Source of the DNA: Narcine bancroftii
Lineage: Eukaryota
Assembly (NCBI RefSeq): GCF_036971445.1
Contig: NC_091470.1
Span: 242,110,001 to 242,174,000, forward strand
Direction: 5' to 3'
DNA: 64,000 nt
Position 1 is the first letter of the stretch; the number at the start of each line of letters is the position of its first letter. A program made the position numbers and the translations under genes. The notes under the pieces were generated by a model. That model searched no databases. It was not told the DNA's origin and saw nothing but the letters and a program-made list of their open reading frames with translations. Shown one piece after another: positions 1-10,789 of the stretch.

Positions 1-1215
1 TCGGTAAGGACAATGTTGTGGCTGACACCATCTCTTGACCCACCATCCAAACCTTGTCCCCGTGGCTGGACTACTCTCAACTGGCGCAGACATATAAAGA
101 AGATGTGGAAATGCAGGCTTTACGCACAACCATCATTGACCTCCACTTTAAGGACATCAGCCTTCAGGGCAGCTCTGACACACGACTCTGCGATGTTTCC
201 ACTGGCTCACCACGTCCAGTTGTACCACAGCAATAGAGGTATCCACAACCTCAGCCACCCGTCCATAAAGACCATCACCCGCATGGTGGCAGAGAGGTTC
301 ATGTGGCATGGCCTGAGGAAGCGTTGCCCAACTGGCCCACAATTGCACCCAGTGGCACCGACACATCAAGATCCCTGTCCATCAGTTTGACCCTCCAAAA
401 AGGTGGTTTGAGCATATACATGCTGACATTGTGGGCCCGCTACCTGTCTTTTGGGCGCCCGGTACCTGCTAATGGTGGTAGACTGCACCACAAGATGGCC
501 ATAAGCCATCCTGTTAAAAGACACTTCCACTGATTCCTGTGCCAGGGCACTGCTCACGCATTGGATTGCAAGGTTTGGGATACCAGCTCATATTACCACT
601 GACGGGGCACAGTTTACATCGGCACTGTGGTCACTGCAACTTTCCCAGCCAGGAAGCTGCACCACAACCTCGCCTACCATCTACAATCCAATGGCCTGGG
701 CGAACATTTCAACCGCCACCTGAAGTTAGCTCTCATGGCCCGTTTAACCAGCCCCAGCTGGATGGATAAGCTCCCCTGCATCCTCCTAGGCATCTGAACT
801 CCACCCAATGAGGACCTGCAGACATACTCCGTGGAAATGGTGTATGGCACCCCCATTAATCCTGCCAAGTGAATTCTTCCCACCGTACCAAGACCCAGAT
901 GCCGAGGGGAGAACAGCATTGCAGAAACAATGGGACAAGTTTGCCTCCTTCGCACCCCCCTCCCCCACATCATGGGCGCTGGCCTGCATTCATTTCTCAG
1001 GTCTTAATAACTGTTGACTTTGTTTTTTGTCTGCTGTGGACTTCATTTCCACCCCCCTCCAATGTCCCTATGAGGGACCATACAAAGTCCTGTGCAAAAC
1101 TTTCATGCTGGACATTGGGGGTAGAGAGGAACTGCTTGCAGCCAACCGGCTGAAGCTTGCACATTTTGACCTCAGCCAGCTGGTCATGCCAGCACAACCA
1201 AAGCGCCAGGGATGA
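1..1215 (+). mobile_element. Degenerate Ty3/Gypsy pol fragment (end of RNase H, integrase zinc finger, core and GPY/F region)
   Basis: Frameshifted pieces GKDNVVAD, IHNLSHPSIKTITRMVAERFMWHGL, WIARFG and PLQCPYEGPYKVL. No LTR follows; it abuts an L1 directly. Confidence 0.85.
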
Positions 1216-1227
1216 CCTCGCAAAGGT

Positions 1228-3866
1228 CTAATTAGCAGCAATATTATCTGCAGAATAACATTTTTAACAAATCCAGATTGATCTAAATGAATTAAATTTG
1301 GTAAATATTTAGCCAATCTATTTGCTAAAACTTTAGCTACAATTTTATAATCAACATTTAATAATGAAATTGGTCTATAAGATTCAGTCTTTAACAAATC
1401 TCTATCTTTCTGAGGTATTACTGCTATAATAGCATTAGAAAAAGACTCTGGTAAAGAATGGACTTCCACTGCCTGTTTCAATACCTCCATTAATGGAAGC
1501 ATTAACAAATCTTTAAATTTCTTATAAAATTCAGATGGAAAACCATCTTTACCTGGAGACTTACCATTTTAAATAGAATTAAGTGCATTAACCATAAATG
1601 GGGAATCCAAATCTTCCCAATCTTGGCAATTTAAAGAAGGAAGATGAACCAGATAAGAAATTATTCATCTTTATTTCATCATTATTAGATTGAGATGTAT
1701 ATAAATTAGCATAAAAATCTCTAAAAAGAATCATTTATATCTTGATATTTATAGGTAATTTTTGAATTTCTTTTAAAAGCATTAATACAGTGGTTCCCAA
1801 CCTTTTACTTCCCACTCACATACCACTTTAAGTATTCCTATGCCATAAATGTTCTGTGATTAGTAAGTGATTGCTCAAGGTGGTATGTGAGTAGGAAGGG
1901 AAGGTTGAGAATCACTGCTCTAGACCCAATTATTACTGAAATATTTTGCTTGAGAAAAATTGTCATTGGCCCATTTCCTTTGGAGTTATGAAACTGTGCA
2001 CATAACAAATCAATTTGGAATTGGTTTTCAAACTTTTTCTTTCCACCCACATACCACCTTAAGTAATCCTTTATTAATCACAGAACACTTATGGAATAGG
2101 GAATACTTAAAGTGGTATGTGAGTGGAAAGTAAAAGGTTGGGAACCATTGCATTAATAGAAGCCTGTTCTGTCTTCAATTGTCAAGCCAACACCTTATGA
2201 GCCTTCTCCCCCAATTCATAATATTTCTGTCTAGTTCTCTGTATTAACTTCTCTGTTATATAAATATGTATCAAATTATAATACATTTTCTTTTTTATTA
2301 AATATATATTTCTTTTCAGATGAATCTTTCTGCAAATCTTTCTCTAAATTCTCGATTTCTCCAATTTATCTACTTCTTTAAGATAGTCCTTAATTTTAGC
2401 AGAAATACTTATTATTTGACCTCTCAAATAAGATTCAAAAGCATCCCATAATATAAATTTATTATCAACTGGATCAGTATTTATATCTAAATATTCCTGA
2501 ATTTGATTTCTCATATAATTACAAAAATCAACATTTCTTAACAACGAAGGATTAAATCTCCATCTATAAACTGGGTTAATCTTTTCAGAGCCTAAACGTG
2601 AAATCAATAAAGGTGAATGATCTGATAGCCTTATATTCTGCAAGCATTATTTGTCCTTGTAATTGAGCCTAAATTAAGAAAAAAATCAATTCTAGAATAA
2701 GAATAAAATTAATAATCCTTTTCCTGAGGATTCAACCTTCTCCAAATATCAACTAAGTTCAAATCTTTCCTCAACGCTAAAATTCTTTTTGCAGTTTATG
2801 CTTTCGTTATTGATTTTTGAGGTTTGTCTAATAATGGATCTAAAGAACAATTATAATCACCACCAACTATCACATTTTCATATGCTTCTGCAAGATTAAG
2901 AAAGGAAACCTGAATAAATTTCTCATTTTCTATATTAGGTGCATAAATATTCATAAGAGACCAAAATTATGAATGAATTTGACAATTTATTAAAACAAAT
3001 CTTCCTGCAGAATAAGCAATAGTAGATTGGAATTTAAAAGGCAACTTCTTATTAATTAAAATAGCAACTCCTTTTGCTTTAGAATTAAAGGATGAAACTA
3101 TAACTTGACAAATCCATACCCTTTTTAATTTTTGACATTCTTTCTCAGTTAAAGGAGCCTCTTGTAAAAAAGCAATATCTACTCTCAAATTTTTAATAGA
3201 AACTAAGTTTCTTCCTCTTAGATTATTGAACCCATTCACATTATAAGTTAAAAAATTCAAATTATTCACCAACATATTATATATCTAAAAATACACAACC
3301 CTTGGCACCAGTCCCAGTAGGTCTCAGCTCCACAGCAGTTTTTAAAAGTAAATAATATCTCCTAAAAAAAAAACCCTCAAAAGACAAAAAGAAAAAAAAA
3401 TCCAAAAAAAGTATTGTCAAAAAAAACAGTACTACTTCCCTCTATTATACAGGACTTTGGAAGGAGAAGACAAAAAGTCCCCCCACCTTCCCGGACAGAA
3501 TATAAAAAAACGTATTTATAAGTCCCTTATGTTTGATAAGCTCCTTCAAGATCTTTATTCATTTGATCATCATCAATCTCAATCGATTCTCGATGCTCCA
3601 ACATTTGAGGTCCAACTCATGACATCTCTTGACTCAATTTAGATTGTTGATAAGGATAACTTTGATTGCCCTCTTATTTATTATTAGGCAATGAATTAGC
3701 AAACATCAAAGCTTCATCTTCATCAGTAAAAAACTGTGATTGAAATTCTCCATAAAAAACTTTTAAGTACAGGCAAATCTCTATCTTTGCCTTTTATCGA
3801 AAGGCAAATTTATATCCTTTTTTTCCATAAAACAGATTTTGCCGGATTAAATTTTTTCCTTCTCTT
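1228..3866 (-). mobile_element. Older L1-clade LINE (ORF1 C-terminus, APE endonuclease, start of RT); ORF1 resumes at about 10398-10470 beyond the nested L1
   Basis: Minus-strand ORFs FLTYNVNG..IAFLQE, LSDHSPL..WRFN and SYRPISLLNVDYKIVAKVLANRL. The ORF1 sequence (NADLNQTIVKRRKKFNPAKSVLWKKGYKF) is restored when 3880-10397 is removed. Confidence 0.9.
1788..2150. mobile_element. Non-autonomous hAT (Charlie-like) composite MITE
   Basis: Terminal inverted repeats CAGTGGTTCCCAACC..GGTTGGGAACCATTG; 8-bp TSD CATTAATA at 1780-1787 and 2151-2158. Confidence 0.92.
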
Positions 3867-3879
3867 AACAATGGTTTGA

Positions 3880-6800
3880 GAGGGCGTGGCAAGATGGCAT
3901 AGAGTCTAGACATGTAATCTCAACCTCTCTGGCCAGACTTTTAAATACCTGTTTTTTAACTCTTTGTTTACAAGTTTAAATTTTTTAAATTTTAATTTAA
4001 AGTATTAAGGAATTATTATGGCCACTAATGGTAAAAAGATTAAACCTCAAGTGCAGAAGAAGTTATATTTTCGAAGTGTTGAAGATTTGGGGCCTAGATG
4101 ACTTGATACAGCCCCAGGCTTAATCTTTTCATTGTCTAAACCCCAAAGACTGCCTGTGGGAGCTGAAAAAAAAATCCTATTACTCACCAAGTGAAGGATG
4201 GCACTGGAATTACCCGTTCTCTGGAAGAAGGTACATTTTCCCAAGAAGTGGACTCCGTTTTGGAAAGCTTTTTGATTTCAACAGAGGGAGCATGCAGGAA
4301 GAAGACTCCATTGTTGGAAATGCATCAGGTAGCATTTCAATCTGAAGAAATCGCTTTTCTTCATGATTTGATGAAAAAACAACGAGATGCGGGGGGGAGA
4401 CCTGCGGCGACTCCCTGAGAAAGTCGGGGTGCCGTCGCTGGGAGTCCAGACCTGCAGTAAAACTTTTAAAATGCCTTCTGTTGAGTTGCAGCAGGAGCTG
4501 CAGTTACCTTGTTCTGCCACAATGTCAGAGAGAGCAGAGCTGAGCTTTACAATTCACAGAGTATGCAATTAAATGCTATTGTTCAAGCTGATATAAAACC
4601 TTTGTTGACATCTCGAATGAATGAAATGGTTCAAATGAATGCTGGTATAAGTTCAGAATTAAATATGGTTAAGACACGTGTGGATGCATACTATGAAGAA
4701 TTAAAAAAATTTCAGACTGCTGTTTTAGACTGTAAACAACAAGTGACCTCTAACACAGAAAAAGTGTTGAAGGTGGAAAAATCAGTCATAGAACTAGGAG
4801 AACGTGAGAAGGAGCTAGAAAGAAAAATAGACTACTTGGAGAATTAAAGCAGAAGGAATAATGTGAAAATTGTTGGTTTGCCAGAAGGTATAGAAGGACA
4901 AGATCCTCTTCATTTCTTTAAAGACTGGATCCCGCAAATATTAGGGCAAGAATTTTTCTCTCAGGGATTGGTACTGGAAAGAGCCCATAGAGCTTTAAGA
5001 AGAATACCCTCAGCCGGTCAACCACCGAGACCGGTAATAATTCAATGTTTGAGTTATTTGGACAGGTCAGAGAGGCAATACTTCGACTTGCAGTGCAAAA
5101 TGCGAGACAACAACAAACCCCATTATTGATTCAGAATAGCAGAGTATTTCTTTTATCCTGATCTGAGTCAAGAGGTCATTCAACGTCGACGCCGATTCAA
5201 TCCGGTTAAAGAAGTTTTGTGGCGTAAATGTTATAAGTCTACTTTTCGCTACCCTGCAGTGTTGAAGATGTTTTATGGAGACTATCAATTTCAGTTTTTT
5301 GAAAATGATCGTGAAGCAATGATTTTTGCTGATTTATTGCCAGATATAAGAGGACAAAGATGTAGTCCACGATTATCCCCTAAAGAAAAATCTGGTTGTT
5401 CTAGAAATGGCAGAAATGGGAAAAATGGGAATGGAAAGAGTCTACCTCCTTCTGAAACGTGATCTCTGAGATTGGAATCTTCTGGATGAAAAGAAAAATT
5501 TTCTTATTTTTTTTGTTATTATGATATTTTGATGTTATTGATTATTTGGCTGGGGAGGGAGAGATTCGCATTAAGTCATCAGCCACTGGTGGGTGACCCA
5601 CAACCAATTTTTGTTTAGGGATTATTACCTTTTGGTAGTTTTTTTGGGGGGTGGGATTTTCTTTTATTTTTCTTTATTTTTTTTATTTTCAGTTTAGTTA
5701 GCTTTTAATTTGTGATTTTGTTTTCTCCTACTGGAGGGCCTATATACGTGGATTTGAGTTTTCATATAAAAATATTATTGGTATTTAGTAACAATAGTAG
5801 ATATCTCAAAGTTGAGGTTTGCTACTTTTAATGTTTTAATGAGGATTAAATAGTCCGATTAAGCATAAGCGAGTCTTGGCATATATTAAGAAAATGAAAA
5901 TTGATATTGCTTTTTTTACAAGAAACACATTTGAATGTGAAGGAAAGCATGAAATTAAAAAGGGACTGGATTGGGCATGTATATTCTTCTTCATTTAATT
6001 CTAGGGCTAAAGGTGTAGCAATTTTGATACATAAAAATTTATCTTTTGAATTACAATCAATGGAGGCAAAGGCAGGATGTATTCTTAAATTGAATTGTAA
6101 GATTTTTAGTGAATTTTGGACTTTACTTAATATTTATGCCCCAAATGCAGATGATGAAATATTTATTTCAGATGCATTTTTATGTTTGGGTCAGGCTAAT
6201 GATAATATTTTAGTTGGTGATGATTTTAATTGTGTTTTGGAACCTTTATTAGATAAATCTCCGAAGAAAGTTAAAAAATCCAAGGTGGCAATTCAGGTCC
6301 AAGCATTGATGAAAGATCTTAATTTAGTAGATATTTGTAGACATCTTAATCTGACAGAGAAAGATTTTTCCTTTTATTCATCTAGACATGAATCGTTTTC
6401 AAGGATTGACTTCTTTTTAGTATTGGCACATTTACAAGGGAAAATACAAGAGGAATATAAAAGTAGGGTGATTTCAGATCACTCCTTGTTATATTTTACA
6501 TATGCAACTTCTGAGAAAATTCAAATGGCTTATCGTTGGAGGTTTAATACAATGTTGTTAAAATATGGAATTTATTGATTTTTTGAAAAAACAAATTAAT
6601 TTTTTTTGAAAGAAACCTAATTCTGTTCAAAGTAAGTTTGTATTATGGGATGCTATGAAAGCCTATTTGAGAGGACAAATAATTAGTTATACTTCTAAAA
6701 TAAAAAATAATCGATTAAATCAGAGTCTTGAATTAGAGAAACAGATTGATGAGTTAGAAAAGGAATTTCAGAAAGATGCTACAGAAGATCAGAAAATAGA

Positions 6801-9800
6801 ATTATCTAGGTTGAAATTGGAATATAATACTTTGCAATCTTATCAATTTGAATGTGTGATTGATAGGACTAAACGGTATTACGAATGGGGAGAGAAAGCA
6901 CATAAGGTATTGGCGTGGCAATTAAAGAAAAAACAGCTTTTGAGGACTATTAATGCTGTTAGACGGAATTCTCTTATTACTTATAAACCTCGTGAGATTA
7001 ATAATGAATTTTATTCATTTTATAAAAAGTTATATACATCTGAAGGAAAACAAGAAACTGGATCGATTGATCTTTTTTTATCACAGTTGAATTTACCGAT
7101 ATTAGAGGATACAGATATACAGGAGTTAGAAGAACCATTTACTGATGCAGAAATTAAAATGGCTATGCTGGAAATGCCGAATGGTAAATCACCTGGTGAT
7201 GATGGATGTTTGGTTGAATTTTATAAAATTTTTTATGATGATTTATCTACAGTGTTTGGGGATGTATTATGTCAAGTTGGAGAACATTATGAATTACCTG
7301 AGTCCTGTTCTAGTGTTTTAATTACAGTAATTCCTAAAAAAAGATAGAGATCCTTTGAAAGTATCTTCATATAGACCAATTTCATTGTTAAATGTAGATT
7401 ATAAAATAATAGTTAAAATATTAGCAAATAGATTGGCTAAATTTTTACCCAAGTTGATTCATATTGATCAAACAGGTTTTATAAAGAATAGATATGCTTC
7501 AGATAACATTTTGCACTTGATTAGTTTGATTAATAGACAATCTTCAGATCACCCTATGGTGATATCCTTAGATGCAGAAAAAACATTTGATAGAGTTGAA
7601 TGGATTTCTTTGTTTAAAGTTTTGGAGAAATTTAACTTTGGTCCTTCTTTTATTGGTTGGATTAGGACTCTATATAGTAAACGAGTAGCTAGAATATTGA
7701 CGAATGGTTTGATTTTAGAATCTTTTAAGTTAACTCGATCAACTCGTCAAGGTTGTCCTTTATCACCAGCTTTGTTTGTGTTAGTGATTGAACCTTTAGC
7801 ACGGTTGATAAAACAAAATACACAGATACAAGGTATGAAGGTTTTAGATGAGGAGTATAAAATTAATTTATTTGCTGATGATGTATTGGTGTATTTAATA
7901 AACCTCACAAAGATAAGCGTATACAGAGCCGTTGTCATACCCACACTCCTGTTCGGCTCCGAATCATGGGTCCTCTACCGGCACCACCTACGGCTCCTAG
8001 AACGCTTCCACCAGCGTTGTCTCCGCTCCATCCTCAACATCCATTGGAGCGCTTTCATCCCTAACGTCGAAGTACTCGAGATGGCAGAGGTCGACAGCAT
8101 CGAGTCCACGCTGCTGAAGATCCAGCTGCGCTGGATGGGTCACGTCTCCAGAATGGAGGAACATCGCCTTCCCAAGATCGTGTTATATGGCGAGCTCTCC
8201 ACTGGCCACCGTGACAGAGGTGCACCAAAGAAAAGGTACAAGGACTGCCTAAAGAAATCTCTTGGTGCCTGACACATTGACCACCGCCAGTGGGCTGATA
8301 ACGCCTCAAACCGTGCATCTTGGCGCCTCACAGTTTGGCGGGCAGCAACCTCCTTTGAAGAAGACCGCAGAGCCCACCTCACTGACAAAAGGCAAAGGAG
8401 GAAAAACCCAACACCCAACCCCAACCAACCAATTTTCCCCTGCAACCGCTGCAACCGTGTCTGCCTGTCCCGCATCGGACTTGTCAGCCACAAACGAGCC
8501 TGCAGCTGACGTGGACTTTTTACCCCCTCCATAAATCTTCGTCCGCAAAGCCAAGCCAAAGAAGAAAAAAAAAGAAACCTAGCTCAGTCACTTTTGCACG
8601 AAGGAATGTTTAATACAATATGGATGTCTTTCTGGATATAAAGTTAATTGGGAAAAAAGTGAAATATTAGCAGTAAGTGAAGGAGATTATTCAGTTTATA
8701 AGAATATTATTAATTTGAAGTGGATTGATTGAATTAAATATTTGGGTATAATTTTGAATGTTAATTATCAATCTATATAAATTAAATTATGCTCTGTTAA
8801 TGAAAAAAATTAAAACTGATTTGATTAAATGGAAAGATTTACCTATTAATTTAATGGGTGGGATAAACACAATTAAGATGAATATCTTTCCGCGTATACA
8901 ATATTTGTTTCAATCTATTCCGTATTTACATGATAAAATTTTTTTTCGAGATTTGAATAAAATGGTTAGGGAGTTTTTATGGAGGGGTAAATTTTTGAGA
9001 GTAGCTTTGAATAAATTAACTTGGAAATATGAGTTAGGGGACTATGTTTACCACATTTTCAAAATTATTATGAAGCAGCCCAACTTAAATTTATTAGTTC
9101 ATTGATGGATTTGGTACGGCCTCCTAGTTGGTCTAAAATTGAGATGGCAAGTATTTCTGAATTTGAAATACATCAATTTTTGTTTAGATGGAATATAAAT
9201 TTGTTACAACAATATAATGTGCCTATACTAAAACATTTAATGAAGTTATGGATAAAGAAAAATAAAATGACAGGCTCTAGGGATAAATTATCGGTTTTGA
9301 CTCCGTTGTATAATAATCAACTTATTTCTTTTTCAATACATAATCAAAATTGGATTGGAGATTTAAAGGTGTGAAAAATTTGGAAGATTGTTTTAAAGAG
9401 CGTGTTTTTATCTTTTAATCAGATGAGGGAAGGTTTTGGTATTGATAAGAACTCTTTATTTCTTTATTATCAAATTTGATCTTTGGTAAAATGTATGTTT
9501 GGTAGAGATATGATTTTATCTAAAATGACTAAATTTTAGACTTCTTATGAAGGTACCAGAGAAGGGTTATATTTCATCTATGTATCAAATATTAAGGATG
9601 GTATGGATAAAAAGGGTTGGGATAGATCTAAAATTAAATGGGAAGTGGATATTGGTTTTATTTTTTCTAAAGATGATTGGTTAGATATCTGTTATGATAG
9701 TGTAACTAGATTGATAAATGCACGTTATGCAATGATTAATTACAATTTTTTACATCAATTATATTTGATACCTGAAAAATTTAAAAAATATGGTTTTCAT

Positions 9801-10384
9801 GAATCAGATTGGTGTTTTAGATGTGGTGATACGGTTGGAACTTTTTTCATCCTGTTTGGTTATGTATACACATACAATCTTTTTGGAAGAAAATTCAATC
9901 ATTTTTAGAATACCTGTATAAGATTAAAATAGTTTTAGATCCAACAGTATTTTTATTGGGTAGTTTGCAACCTCTGAAAGGTTTGGGATTAGATGTTCCA
10001 GCTTGCTTTTGTATATTAGCATTATCCGTAGCGAAAAAATGTATTGCTAGTAAGTTGAAAGATACAAATGAGATGAAATATTGTTTAATAATGGAAAAAA
10101 TTACCTATGTTTCACATGATAATTATAATTTTTTTATTAATAAGTGGCTGTTATACTCAGAATATTTACATTTCAATTTATATTGATTAGATTTTAATAT
10201 GTAGATTTAACTTTTTCTTTAATATTCTTTCTTTTTTCTTTTTTATGGCTCTCCTTTGGAGAGTTGGCTGAAGAGGGGTTCTTTTCTTTTCTTTTTTATA
10301 TAAAAAAAGTTCATGTTTATGTTTAATTGCTGCATATGTCATATATTATTTGTTTTTTGAACGAATAAATAAAGTTTAAAAAAA
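3880..10384 (+). mobile_element. Full-length, mutated L1 LINE (5'UTR, ORF1, ORF2 EN-RT-zinc finger, 3'UTR, poly-A)
   Basis: TSD AACAATGGTTTGA at 3867-3879 and 10385-10397, cut site TT|AACA. ORF1 (RRNNVKIVGLPEG, LERAHRAL); EN (FLQETHL, SDHS); RT (TRQGCPLSP, FADD); CFRC knuckle; AATAAA followed by an A-tail. Many stops and frameshifts. Confidence 0.95.
7906..8574 (+). mobile_element. 5'-truncated RTE-clade LINE (AviRTE-like) inserted in L1 ORF2
   Basis: Abrupt GC/CpG rise. Encodes YRAVVIPTLLFGSESW..QLRWMGHVSRM and a C-terminal CNRCNRVCLSRIGLVSHKRAC finger; A-rich tail; AAACCT duplicated at 7900-7905 and 8575-8580. Confidence 0.92.
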
Positions 10385-10507
10385 AACAATGGTTTGATTC
10401 AAATCTGCATTAAAAAAATTCCATTGCTCCAAAACATTAAAGGACCGTGTTATTTTCTTCTTCTGCAAGTCACCACAGAGTTCCTTTTTGTTTCCCTTAT
10501 TTCCCTT

Positions 10508-10782
10508 ATGTGGGTGGAAAGAAAAAGTTTGAAAACCACTGCTTTAATCATATCTAATTGACTCGTTTTGTGCACGGTTTCATAACTCCAAAGGAAATGA
10601 GCCAATAACAATTTTTCTCAAGCAAAATATTTTAGTTAAATTGGATCCAGAGCAGTGATTCTCAACCTTCCATCCCACTTACATACCACCTTAAGTAATC
10701 CCTTACCTATGACAGAGCACCTATCGCATAGGGACTACTTAAAGTGGTATGTGATTGGGAAGAAAAAGGTTGAGAACCACTG
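10508..10782. mobile_element. Truncated copy of the composite hAT MITE
   Basis: Same spacer and one intact hairpin arm ending GGTTGAGAACCACTG, as in 1788-2150 and 29258-29619. Confidence 0.85.
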
Positions 10783-10789
10783 ATCTAAC

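Noticed and set aside
1068-1508. 146-aa ORF spanning L1 RT and Gypsy sequence
   Set aside because: Read-through into antisense Gypsy integrase at a rearrangement junction; no coherent protein.
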